Positions 49,886-59,527 are shown, counted from the first letter of the stretch. The stretch is 64,000 nucleotides of DNA from Waterburya sp. (GCA_965217895.1 CBDCJV010000002.1:1120001-1184000); one strand, 5' to 3'. Notes: generated from the letters alone by a model not told the origin. Numbers and translations are program-made.

Positions 49886-51076
49886 TTAATTGATATTTTT
49901 ACTTTTTGTTTGTGCAAGTTTGACCAATTCTGGCTGATTGACTTTACGATCTAACTTTTTGCCAAGCTGTCTTAAAAATAGATCTTCATGAGCTTTTAAA
50001 TCTCGATCATTAGCAAATTCTTCGTGATATCGAGCCAAACTATTTTGTTTCATTGTGGCTAAATTTACTTCATCGTTTAATATTTGAGTCAGTTGCCGAT
50101 CGCAATCTACTTCATCTTTAAAATAAGCCGCCCCTTCTCCGGCTACCCAAGAGTTGAAAGAATTACCGTGTGCCAAAACTGGGTTGCCTGCAGATAATGC
50201 TTCTATTAAAGATGGATTAGTACCACCCACTTGATGTCCGTGTACGTATAGGCGGGCATAATATCTCAAAGAATCGACTATCTCTTGATTATAAATAGCC
50301 CCAAGAAATATTACTTCTTCACCTGCTGATTGTAAAACTTCTTGATGGTAAGAATTTTCTGGTGAATAATTCCCTAAGATTACCAGAGGTAAGTTTCTCT
50401 GTCTTTTAGAAAAAGCCTTGACGATCTCTAAGATTGAATTTTCTGGTTCTGGTCTAGCAATTACTAATACGTATTTTCTAAAAACAAGATTATACTTATT
50501 TAGTAGTTTTTTATCAGCCTGAGTTATGATTTGCGCGCTGTAGGGAATTACCGCAATTGGCTTAGAAGTTTTGACTTCATGACGCAAATAATGCTTGATA
50601 TGTGGGTGATCGGCGATCAGACAATCGCTAAACCAAATAGCACACCGCTCATTAGTATATAGCCAGGCTTTTTCAATAAAATTCCATTTTTTTCTCCACC
50701 ATTCCATACCGTCCATGTTAGTCATATTTACTCGTTTTCTAAGACGATATAACAGCGAAAAAATAGCGGTATTGTAACCTAGCGTAAGAACAATTCCTTC
50801 TCGGTTTATTGCGTGCAAAACCGCTTTTAGATCGAATAAAATTGACCACAAAGAGTTGTTTTTGGGAACTGGGATATGAACCAAATTGATTCCCTGCCAG
50901 ACACTATAATAAAGCTTTGCTTCTGGAAACTTTTTGCTGTCGGCTTGACAGTAAACCGTTACGTGCCATCCTCTACCAACTAAGTAAAGAGCTAAACGTT
51001 CGGCAAAAGTCTCAAATCCTCCGTGCTTTCCTGGAATGCCACGAGTACCGAGTATCAAAAGTCTGTTTTTTTTCAT
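49886..51076 (-). CDS. DUF1972-type GT4 glycosyltransferase
   Basis: ILGTRGIPGKHGGFETFAE, NMDGMEW.R.KW, ARPEPENS, YVHGHQVGGTNPSL.EA. Confidence 0.9.
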   Translation of the reverse strand: MKKNRLLILGTRGIPGKHGGFETFAERLALYLVGRGWHVTVYCQADSKKFPEAKLYYSVWQGINLVHIPVPKNNSLWSILFDLKAVLHAINREGIVLTLGYNTAIFSLLYRLRKRVNMTNMDGMEWWRKKWNFIEKAWLYTNERCAIWFSDCLIADHPHIKHYLRHEVKTSKPIAVIPYSAQIITQADKKLLNKYNLVFRKYVLVIARPEPENSILEIVKAFSKRQRNLPLVILGNYSPENSYHQEVLQSAGEEVIFLGAIYNQEIVDSLRYYARLYVHGHQVGGTNPSLIEALSAGNPVLAHGNSFNSWVAGEGAAYFKDEVDCDRQLTQILNDEVNLATMKQNSLARYHEEFANDRDLKAHEDLFLRQLGKKLDRKVNQPELVKLAQTKSKNIN

Positions 51077-51589
51077 TTTTCATTAAAAATAAGTGGGTTA
51101 GCTCAAAATGATTTGAATAAAAACTAGTCTCTATAAGTCATACGTCAATTGTTCAGCCAAAAACGATTTGCATCAAACCAAAATCAAGCGTCTTTATTTT
51201 CACTACGTATTATTACTAACAATTACAAAATAAGCAAATATATTTTCAGTGAAATTACTTATGCTACAGTTGTATTGTGTGCTAAAATATACCTAAATAC
51301 TATGAAATTATGTAGAATTGAACGAGCGACAAAAATTCAGCATGAAATGTTATGAATGTCAGGAACTGAATTAAAGATGTAGGAATTAAATTAGCCAATG
51401 CTTTAGAAAAAAAGATTCTAAGAATGACTAAAACAGATAAATTACAGACTTTATTGGGTCGAAAAGAAGCGGTGCGATCGCCGACTTTCAATCTGTTAAA
51501 ATAAGTATGATTTATTGCTTAAGACAGACAGACAATTTAAAAGATGTCTGTATCATGATTGCAATTATTGTTATGACTAAGTATTTAAG

Positions 51590-53233
51590 ATGGCTAACTC
51601 GATTGCATTCAAGTTATTTGCTCCCTATAACAACAGTGCAGCCTTAAAAGGTTGTTTTTCAGATTGGTCAGAGATATCCATGCAGAAAGATAAACAGGGT
51701 TATTTTCGGGCAAAAGTTGAGTTAGAAGATGGAGTTTATCAATATAAGTTTCGTGTCCAGTCCCAGTCTTATTTTTTAGAAGCCGATGAATGGATAGATG
51801 TCAGCGATCCTTATGCTACTGATATCGACGATGAGACTCAAAACAGCGTAATTCAGATTAAAGACGGCAAAAAGATTGTTGATGATTATACTTGGCAACA
51901 CGACGATAAGCCTTTACCCAGTAATGAAGAGTTGATTATCTACGAACTATATGTCGGTGGATTTTCTGGTGGCGAAGGAGAGGGGAAAAAGCGCGGTACA
52001 TTCAAAGACGTTATTGATAAACTAGACTATCTTAGCGAATTGGGGATCAATGCCGTTGAGCTAATGCCCACACAAGAATTTCCAGGAGAAAATAGCTGGG
52101 GTTATAATCCTCGTCACTATTTCGCTGTCGAGTCAAGCTATGGTTCATCTGAAGATTTAAAGCGTCTGATTGATGAATGTCATAGTAGAGGTATGCGCGT
52201 CTTAATGGACTGTATTTTTAACCATTCCGATACAGAAGCACCCTTAACTAAAATAAACTTTGATTATTGGTATAGTCGCGAGGCAAGCGATCCAGATTAT
52301 AATTGGGGTCCTGAATTTGATTATGATAAGTACGATGAAAATTTAGAGATTAAACCTGCATGGCAATTTATCGGTGATGTAGTCAGGTTTTGGATTGAGG
52401 AATATCACATTGATGGTATTCGCTTTGATGCTTCCAAACAAATTGGCAACTTTGATTTTTTGTCTTGGATAGCCGAACAAGGGAGACAGGCAGTCGATCA
52501 AAAACCATTTTTCAACACTGCTGAATACATCCCCGAAAATCCCGATTTGGTGGGATACGGCAAACCAATGGATGCTTGTTGGCATGAAAGCTTCTATCAA
52601 CAGGCTCTAAAACATATCTGCGGTGATGAGCTTGACCTAGAAGGTTTTAAAGAAGTTATCGACTGCCGACAACAGGGTTATGGAGGGACGGCTACCGTAA
52701 TCAACTATATAGCCTGTCACGATCATCAGTATACTCTAGCAGAGTTGGGCGATCGCAAAATCTTCGACAAAGCAGCTTTTAAACGAGCAAAACTAGGTGC
52801 GGTCTTATTAATGACGGCGGTTGGCGTACCCCTGGTTTGGATGGGTAACGAGTTTGGCGAATACAACCCAGAAGAAGAAATCAAAATTGATTGGACATTG
52901 CTAGAGAATAACCTCAATAAAAATTTGCTTGGCTATTATCAAGGCTTAATTGCTTTGAGGAAAGAAAATCATGCTTTGCGTACTGATAACATTGACTTTT
53001 TTTATGAAGATGCCGAGAGTAAAGTTTTAGCATACACTCGCTGGAATGATGAAGGTTCTCGTGTGGTAGTTATTATTAATTTCTCGGATAATTTTTTAGA
53101 AGATTATACTATCGACCATTTTCCCCAATCAGTTACTTGGCATGAATGGACAAATAACTATGATGTCGAAGCAAAAGAAGGAAAATTAACGATTGACATA
53201 GGCGAATTTGAGGCTAAGGTATTTGTAAGCTAA
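51590..53233 (+). CDS. GH13 alpha-amylase-family protein with N-terminal CBM48-like domain
   Basis: DPYA, IYEL, LGINAVELMP, SWGYNP, FNH, DGIRFDA, AE, CHD. Confidence 0.9.
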   Translation: MANSIAFKLFAPYNNSAALKGCFSDWSEISMQKDKQGYFRAKVELEDGVYQYKFRVQSQSYFLEADEWIDVSDPYATDIDDETQNSVIQIKDGKKIVDDYTWQHDDKPLPSNEELIIYELYVGGFSGGEGEGKKRGTFKDVIDKLDYLSELGINAVELMPTQEFPGENSWGYNPRHYFAVESSYGSSEDLKRLIDECHSRGMRVLMDCIFNHSDTEAPLTKINFDYWYSREASDPDYNWGPEFDYDKYDENLEIKPAWQFIGDVVRFWIEEYHIDGIRFDASKQIGNFDFLSWIAEQGRQAVDQKPFFNTAEYIPENPDLVGYGKPMDACWHESFYQQALKHICGDELDLEGFKEVIDCRQQGYGGTATVINYIACHDHQYTLAELGDRKIFDKAAFKRAKLGAVLLMTAVGVPLVWMGNEFGEYNPEEEIKIDWTLLENNLNKNLLGYYQGLIALRKENHALRTDNIDFFYEDAESKVLAYTRWNDEGSRVVVIINFSDNFLEDYTIDHFPQSVTWHEWTNNYDVEAKEGKLTIDIGEFEAKVFVS

Positions 53234-53257
53234 TTGTAAGATTCAGGCAGAATAAGG

Positions 53258-54772
53258 TTGAAAGCGGTCAAGAGCATTTTGTTTTTTATTATCATAAACA
53301 AATGGCAAATGACTAAATTCAATTCAATGTCTGGGTATGCCTTGACTGTTAATATGCCACGATTTTCTTTGAGAAAACTAAATTGCCGATGGTCTAGAAT
53401 TCCTGTAAGTTATCGGGGTGGATTAATTCTATCTATACCAGCAGTTTGTATAATTGCCATTTTGATAACCTGGAGTGAATTAAGATATGGTGCCATAGAT
53501 GTTCATCAAGAAATCGATCGCAGTGAATCAACTTTAATAGAAACTAATAACCTGCTACAGTTACTTAACAGTGCTGAAACAGGTGTTCGGGGCTACGTGA
53601 TTACTAATCAGGCTAATTTTCTTGAACCATATAATCGAGCAATTATCAATGTACCCAACTGTCTTAAGAAATTAGAAGATTTACAGCGGGATACTCCTCA
53701 ACAGCAGGATGTGCAGAAGATAGCTGTGCTTGTTAAACAAGAACTAAATTTATTGTCTCAAACTCTAGACAACACCCAGAATCAAACTACACCTTCTGAG
53801 GTAAATAGTCTTCTTATCCAAAGCAAAGAGAAGATGTCTAAAGTTGCTGCTACAGCTAACGCTTTTAAATTTCAAGAATGGCAAACCCTAAGCAATCAAC
53901 GTCAGAATCTCTTCGATGTTCGCGATACTACTAATTTAGCATTTTGGTCTGCTGCTATTGTCAGCCTCTTAAGTTTTTTAGCAGCCCTATATCTGTTTAA
54001 TCTATTAGAGCGAGAATTAAACAATAGGCAAAGAAATTTGCGATCGCGTGCCACCGAATTTGCTAATCTAAATCGGGTTTTAGCCACAACCAATAATACA
54101 TTAGCAGAACGTAACCTGGAATTAGAGCAATTTTCCCATATAGTTTCCCACGATCTCAAAGCACCATTGCGAGGAATTAGCAATCTTTCCAAGTGGATCG
54201 AAGAAGATTTAACTGACAAGCTAACAGAAGATGCTCAAAAATATCTCCATCTGCAAAGAGAGCGAATCGCTAAGATGGAAAATTTAATTGATGGACTATT
54301 GCAATACGCTCGCGTAGGCAGACAAAACGCAATCTTAGAAACAGTTGATGTCCAACAGCTATTAGAAGAAGTAATCGATTCAATTAATCCTCCATCTGAT
54401 TTTGCGATCGCCATTCAAGGCCAAATGCCCATCATTACTACCCAGCGTTTGTTTTTAGAGCAGGTTTTCAGCAACTTGATTAGCAACGCAGTCAAGCATC
54501 ATCCCCGTTTAGATGGCAAGATAACTATCTCGGTTCAAGAACAAAAGCGTTTTTATGAATTTACCGTAGCCGACGATGGTGCTGGCATTGCACCTATGGC
54601 TCAAGCAAAGATTTTTGATATTTTTCATACCTTAAAAAAAGGAAACGGTAAATCAAATACAGGAGTTGGTTTAGCGATTGTCAAAAAAATTGTCGAAGAG
54701 CGTGGCGGCAAGATTACCCTAGAATCTGAAGTAGGAAAAGGCGCAGCTTTTCGTTTCCAATGGATGAACTAA
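53258..54772 (+). CDS. CHASE3 sensor histidine kinase (start probably further downstream)
   Basis: AETGVRGYVIT....FLEPY CHASE3 signature, SHDLKAPLR, NLISNAVKH, TGVGLAI. Confidence 0.9.
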   Translation: MKAVKSILFFIIINKWQMTKFNSMSGYALTVNMPRFSLRKLNCRWSRIPVSYRGGLILSIPAVCIIAILITWSELRYGAIDVHQEIDRSESTLIETNNLLQLLNSAETGVRGYVITNQANFLEPYNRAIINVPNCLKKLEDLQRDTPQQQDVQKIAVLVKQELNLLSQTLDNTQNQTTPSEVNSLLIQSKEKMSKVAATANAFKFQEWQTLSNQRQNLFDVRDTTNLAFWSAAIVSLLSFLAALYLFNLLERELNNRQRNLRSRATEFANLNRVLATTNNTLAERNLELEQFSHIVSHDLKAPLRGISNLSKWIEEDLTDKLTEDAQKYLHLQRERIAKMENLIDGLLQYARVGRQNAILETVDVQQLLEEVIDSINPPSDFAIAIQGQMPIITTQRLFLEQVFSNLISNAVKHHPRLDGKITISVQEQKRFYEFTVADDGAGIAPMAQAKIFDIFHTLKKGNGKSNTGVGLAIVKKIVEERGGKITLESEVGKGAAFRFQWMN

Positions 54773-54808
54773 AAGCTAATAGCCACAAATTACCAACGCC
54801 CAAAAAAA

Positions 54809-55882
54809 CTAAATCCGAAAAACATCAACGAAAATTTCTTTGTCCCCTTTCAATCTTTGTCGATCTGGAGAGTCATAAAAAACCATCAAACTATCGTTGG
54901 GTTCTAGATAAGAATATAAAGCTAATCCCTCTGCATGGTCTGAACCAATCGTAAAAGGTAAATTGAACAAAGACACAAGATCGCCATTATCTTGGGAGTG
55001 AATCAAATTATCTAAGTTATTTAAAGCATCTTGCCAAGAAAAGACCTGCATCTCTCCTTCTAAATCCATCGTTGAACCTGCCATGATAATAATATCGTCG
55101 CCTCGAATACACAACTCTCGTACTCCTAAACCATTAAGATCGAAGAAGTGTTTTTTATATTGTTCTCCCTCATTCCCTATTTCTTTGAAAGATAGTACCC
55201 CTGTTTGGGTTGATTCTGTTTCTAGCTCTAAAACAATTGCCCAACCGCGCAGTACAGGCCCTCGTAATCCTAAAAATAACTTATCTCCATAGACTGCCAA
55301 ACCTTCAATATCCAAACCGTTGTCTTTAGAGGGTATACCAGCAGTAATAAAAGGTTTAAGATGCAGATCTTCCTTGAGAAGCTCAGTTAAAATATTCCGT
55401 TCTTCAGTAGTTTCCAAACAGGCTGCGGTTAATTTTGTTCCTTCAACAGGAGAACAGGATTTTACCAACTTACCATCAATTACAGGAATTCTGGCGAGGA
55501 TAAATCGATTCAAGTCGGTGGTAATTGTCGCCAATCTTTCTATATCTTTAGCGTCTTTTTTTCCTTTAACTTTTTTACGTTTGGTACTATGAGAGCCAGT
55601 GAGCCAGAGATAACCTTCAGAATAATCCATTCCTTCAATATCAATTTCGTCATCAGTATTAAATAGCTCTATATAGTCTTTTAAAAAGAAGCGTTGATGT
55701 TTTCCATAGCTATGATTGCCAATTGGTGATAAACATTCGACCCCAATCATTTCATCTGAGCCAACCCATAGATTACCATCAGCAGAAAATGCAGCAGCAG
55801 AAACATCGCCGATGACATCGCTGGCTTTGGCTTTAAATTTTAATAGTATTCGACTGAGTAAAAAATATGGCGTTCTAGACAT
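54809..55882 (-). CDS. DUF3616-family beta-propeller-like protein
   Basis: LWVGSDE, EIDIEG, LWLTGSHS, KDNGLDIEGLA, GLRGPVLRGWA, DHAEG. Confidence 0.85.
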   Translation of the reverse strand: MSRTPYFLLSRILLKFKAKASDVIGDVSAAAFSADGNLWVGSDEMIGVECLSPIGNHSYGKHQRFFLKDYIELFNTDDEIDIEGMDYSEGYLWLTGSHSTKRKKVKGKKDAKDIERLATITTDLNRFILARIPVIDGKLVKSCSPVEGTKLTAACLETTEERNILTELLKEDLHLKPFITAGIPSKDNGLDIEGLAVYGDKLFLGLRGPVLRGWAIVLELETESTQTGVLSFKEIGNEGEQYKKHFFDLNGLGVRELCIRGDDIIIMAGSTMDLEGEMQVFSWQDALNNLDNLIHSQDNGDLVSLFNLPFTIGSDHAEGLALYSYLEPNDSLMVFYDSPDRQRLKGDKEIFVDVFRI

Positions 55883-56100
55883 GGTAATTATTTGGAGTGT
55901 AAATGCCTAAATTACTTTGAAAATCTAATTAATGAATCTATCTAAAAAACTATTTTGCTGTTAATTTATTTAACTTAATATTTATCTTGTTTCCTAAACC
56001 AAATTACCTATCTTTTGAAGGATGAAGGATAGACATAATTCTTCTGCAATGAGAGTAAATCAAAAATCAGCAGTTTTATTTCTTACAATAAATTAAATAT

Positions 56101-56634
56101 ATGTCTCAGCAATCGCCATCAGCATCTAAACAATTAAAATCTACTTGGGGAAAGTTCTCGATCGAGCAAGCAGCGCTCGCCACTAAAGCTGAGTTAGAAG
56201 AAGCTGGGATCGAGCCTGAAAAAATTACTCTAGAAGCAGAAGATTTTCAGCCCCCAACAAGAATAGAAGACACAGGAGCGATCGCTAATCTGAAAACTGG
56301 CGCGATTACAGGAGCCGCATTAGGAGCTTTAATTGGTTTATCTATTAGCTTAATTCTGACTAATTTTTCTGGTGTTGGGTTAGCAGCATTTAAGAATTTC
56401 CAAACCATCCATTATCTAGCTCCTATAATGGGTGCAATAGTTGGTGCTGTCGGTATCAGTCTAATTTCTGGGCTAAGTGGTGCTAGCATTCCTCAGTCTA
56501 ATTTAGATATCAGCGATCGCAGTGAAGGAAAAAAATATTTAGTGGTAGTTAAAGGAACTACAGAAGAAGTCAGCCTTGCTAGAGAAATCATCGATCGTCA
56601 AGGTGGTGTAGTCGAAGAAGCAGATAGACGGTAA
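56101..56634 (+). CDS. Hypothetical membrane protein, general-stress-protein-like
   Basis: A...LEEAGI..EKI, glycine-zipper TMs (GAITGAALGALIG), YLVVVKGT.EE...AREI. Confidence 0.65.
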   Translation: MSQQSPSASKQLKSTWGKFSIEQAALATKAELEEAGIEPEKITLEAEDFQPPTRIEDTGAIANLKTGAITGAALGALIGLSISLILTNFSGVGLAAFKNFQTIHYLAPIMGAIVGAVGISLISGLSGASIPQSNLDISDRSEGKKYLVVVKGTTEEVSLAREIIDRQGGVVEEADRR

Positions 56635-56668
56635 TTCAATTTATCTCATTCAGACCTGGGTAAAAAAT

Positions 56669-57346
56669 ATGGAAACTACTTTAGAAGTGCGCTGGTTTGT
56701 TAGAGGAGTACCACCAGCAGTTGTGCAGCGTTGGTTTAGGCTTGAATGTCCAGGAAGATTATTGGGAAAGCTAGAAACTAGAAAAGACTGGTATGCCTGT
56801 CAGCCAAAAACTTTTGTAGATAAAATTGGCAGATTTTCATGCCGTGCCTTAAATCGTGACGAAGTTAACTTTAAATTGCGCCAGGGTAATCCTGAATTAA
56901 AACTGAGACAACAGGAATTTGGGACTTATGGGTTTGGACATCAAAAGCGATCGCAAAGCCTGGATGCAGCCCAATCATTTACTGAAGGCAAAGTCGAACA
57001 GTGGTGTAAATTTGATGAACAAGAGTTAAAAGATTTTGCTTTTACAACCTATGATTTAATATCTGAAACAGACTGGATTGGTGTTGATAAAGAGCGCAAG
57101 CAAAAAATAGAACAAGGTGTAGCCAGTGAGTTGACTTGTCTAAAAATTAACAATGAACCCTGGTGGAGTATTGCTTTTGAGATGACTCAGAATAATGATG
57201 CTCAACAACAAGATGCCTGCTTTAAAGAAGTTGTCGAAAGAGCTTGTAAAACATACTACGGTCCTAAATTATCAGCAACTAATTCTTATGGCTATAGTCG
57301 CTGGCTGCTTGAACTTGAACCCTATGTTAATCTTAGTTCAGGTTAA
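56669..57346 (+). CDS. Hypothetical CYTH-like protein
   Basis: LEVRWF (ExR/K start), R.D.Y, KLRQG..ELK, EQW.K, SYGY..W. Confidence 0.6.
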   Translation: METTLEVRWFVRGVPPAVVQRWFRLECPGRLLGKLETRKDWYACQPKTFVDKIGRFSCRALNRDEVNFKLRQGNPELKLRQQEFGTYGFGHQKRSQSLDAAQSFTEGKVEQWCKFDEQELKDFAFTTYDLISETDWIGVDKERKQKIEQGVASELTCLKINNEPWWSIAFEMTQNNDAQQQDACFKEVVERACKTYYGPKLSATNSYGYSRWLLELEPYVNLSSG

Positions 57347-57358
57347 GTAGGGAATAGG

Positions 57359-57386
57359 GTAGGAGCAAACAATCGTTCGCCCCTAC
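57359..57386. repeat. REP-like extragenic palindrome
   Basis: GTAGGAGCAAACAATCGTTCGCCCCTAC (GTAG...CTAC ends). Confidence 0.6.
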
Positions 57387-57549
57387 AGAAGTAGGAAACA
57401 GTAATTTACAAAATGTCTATCACGTTTATACGTAATGCTACATCTTTTTTGCTATTGTCGTACTGTATTCTTCGTTACTTTAAAAAAAGCTCTTTTAAGA
57501 AGTTATTTTACTTCATCCAAAGAGCTAGCAAACAAATTGTTTTTGCCTG

Positions 57550-57732
57550 TTAATTACTACTATTAGAAGTAGACTCAGAAGATTCATTTTCTTCTGTCTC
57601 TTGTTTTTTATCGTTGCTGTTGTAGTTTTTTCGACCACGATTTCCATAACGGCTAGTTTGCTTACGGAATTTACGAGCGTTAATTTTATTTCGAGCAGCT
57701 TTTTCTTTTTTCGCGTTACGACGTTTAGCCAT
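57550..57732 (-). CDS. Small highly basic protein with acidic tail
   Basis: MAKRRNAKKEKAARNKINARKFRK...; co-oriented downstream of rbp, with a terminator-like hairpin at about 57487-57526. Confidence 0.7.
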   Translation of the reverse strand: MAKRRNAKKEKAARNKINARKFRKQTSRYGNRGRKNYNSNDKKQETEENESSESTSNSSN

Positions 57733-57832
57733 TTATAGTAGGATTCCTGATTACACAATAAAACGCTTCTAGGAGTCTCTAGTATAATGTCTAGCTGCCC
57801 TCCAGAAGCGTAATTCAATTTAGCTTTGGAGC

Positions 57833-58120
57833 TTAAAAGCGATCACGATTGCCACCACCACCAAAGGAACTTCGATTTTCGCGAGGTCTTGCCTTGTTGA
57901 CCTTAATCTCACGACCCATCCATTCTGCTCCGTCTAGAGTCTCAATAGCTTTATCTTCTTCTGCTTCTGTTTCCATTTCTACAAAGCCGAAACCGCGTTT
58001 GCGACCAGTTTCACGGTCAGTAGGAAGATGAACTCTTTTAACCTTGCCGTACTCTGCGAATACTTCGCTTAAATCTTCTTGGCTAACCTCATAGTTGAGA
58101 TTACCGACGTAAATTGACAT
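57833..58120 (-). CDS. rbp: RRM RNA-binding protein with Gly-rich tail (Rbp family); start ATG at 58120
   Basis: RNP2/RNP1 motifs, SFGGGGNR tail, AGGAGA RBS before 58120. Confidence 0.95.
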   Translation of the reverse strand: MSIYVGNLNYEVSQEDLSEVFAEYGKVKRVHLPTDRETGRKRGFGFVEMETEAEEDKAIETLDGAEWMGREIKVNKARPRENRSSFGGGGNRDRF

Positions 58121-58240
58121 GAACTGAGTGTCTCCTGAATGCACATTAGATGTAGAGAGCTAAAATTTCGGAAAAAAACCAAATCAATACTATATGGAAA
58201 AACCTATCAATACTGAATACAAACTGGATTGCCGATCTTT
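58121..58240 (-). promoter_or_regulatory. rbp 5'-UTR with cold-inducible rbp-type boxes
   Basis: Minus strand in order ATCGGCAA, TTTGTATTCAGT, TTTCCGAA, CTCTCTAC, TTCAGGAGA, resembling box III/II/I/RBS described for Anabaena rbp genes. Confidence 0.65.
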
Positions 58241-58318
58241 ATCTCAATCTGAATCTTAACACTTTATCTTTAAAAAAAAGATTTAAATACCAGCACTTGA
58301 GAATTATTTAACTTAAAA

Positions 58319-59527
58319 TTACAGATGACTTCTAAGCATACTAATTAAGCTATCAACTTCTTCAGATAAGGTTAAATAGTGAACACAGGCTCGGATACAG
58401 TCAGGGTCGGCAATGGTTCTGAGTAAGAATCCTTGCTTTTCTAGAGTATCTACCAAGTTTTTATGTTCGATTTCTTTTACCTGAAAAGAAACCAATCCTG
58501 CTTCTGGGGGAGTCTGTTTGAGACAGGTAATCTGTTCTATCTGTTGTAATTGCTCCCAAAGATATTTACTGAGTTCACAAATTTTCTGATAGCGTTGTTT
58601 GGCTGTACCCCATTCTTGATGAGTGGCGATCGCACTTTTTAAGCCTTCATATTCGGGGTAAGCAGAGGTAGCCACTTCAAACTTTGACCCGTCTTGTTTC
58701 CAGGCGACAGGCTTTCCTTGTGCATCCATCTCCAATCCCCGCCAACCAATAAAGGTAGGGTTTAATTCAGCAAATGCTGCTTCACTAATATATAGTCCAC
58801 CAACTCCCGCTGGGCCACACCACCATTTATGTCCTGTAAAAGCATAGAAATCGACTCCTAGATCGGGCAGATCCAACGCCAACGAACCGACAGACTGCGC
58901 TGCGTCTACCATCACCCTAATTGTCTGTTGTGCAGGAAAATCATGGCATACTTGCACTATTTCTTTAAGAGGTAATACCTGTCCTGTGTTCCAAAGTAGA
59001 TGACTTAAAACTACCAGGCGCGTATTGGGGGTTAGATTAGCGCGAATTACCTCAACGGGATCGCCATCGTTCAAAGTATCCATAATCGGACAAATAGCCA
59101 CTTCTACCCCAAAGCGTCGAGAAATTTCTTTTACCGTGGCGATAATGCCTGGATGTTCGCAGTCTGTCATCAGAATGCGTGGCGTAGTCATGCTATCAGG
59201 CTGATTATCTTTTTGCCAATCAATACCCCATAAGGCAATATTACATCCTGCTGTTACGTTCTCGGTGATGCTAATTGTCTGGGTAGGCGCGCCTAATTCC
59301 TCGGCAATTATTTCTCGTAAGGAATTGACTTTTTTGGTCAGCCAGCTATTAATTTGTCCCGAAAAGGGTCCTACTTGCTGAATATATTGATGGGTATCAA
59401 TGATTGCTTCAAATGCAGCCTGGGGCATTGTCCCCTGACCACCAAAGTTAAAATAGGTCTTATTAATTAATCCAGGGAACTGTCGGCGATGTTCATTAAG
59501 CTCGGTTGGCGATAATATAGTAGTCAT
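58319..59527 (-). CDS. PLP-dependent class V aminotransferase, cystine C-S lyase (C-DES-like)
   Basis: YFNFGGQG, TDCEHPG, SHLLWNTG, VDAAQS.G, FTGHKWWCGP, FEVATS, IRACVHY; no desulfurase Cys loop. Confidence 0.88.
   Translation of the reverse strand: MTTILSPTELNEHRRQFPGLINKTYFNFGGQGTMPQAAFEAIIDTHQYIQQVGPFSGQINSWLTKKVNSLREIIAEELGAPTQTISITENVTAGCNIALWGIDWQKDNQPDSMTTPRILMTDCEHPGIIATVKEISRRFGVEVAICPIMDTLNDGDPVEVIRANLTPNTRLVVLSHLLWNTGQVLPLKEIVQVCHDFPAQQTIRVMVDAAQSVGSLALDLPDLGVDFYAFTGHKWWCGPAGVGGLYISEAAFAELNPTFIGWRGLEMDAQGKPVAWKQDGSKFEVATSAYPEYEGLKSAIATHQEWGTAKQRYQKICELSKYLWEQLQQIEQITCLKQTPPEAGLVSFQVKEIEHKNLVDTLEKQGFLLRTIADPDCIRACVHYLTLSEEVDSLISMLRSHL

Noticed and set aside
49669..51491. Short ORFs in AT-rich spacers around the EPS locus start (49669-49854, 51149-51355, 51300-51491)
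   Set aside because: Low-complexity chance ORFs with non-ATG starts and no motifs
57525..57818. 97-aa ORF overlapping the small basic protein
   Set aside because: Alternative frame; the 60-aa MAKRR ORF is the more protein-like reading
58319..59527. C-S lyase as the EgtE step partnering egtD
   Set aside because: About 48 kb from egtD with no linkage; chemically conceivable but unsupported by the sequence
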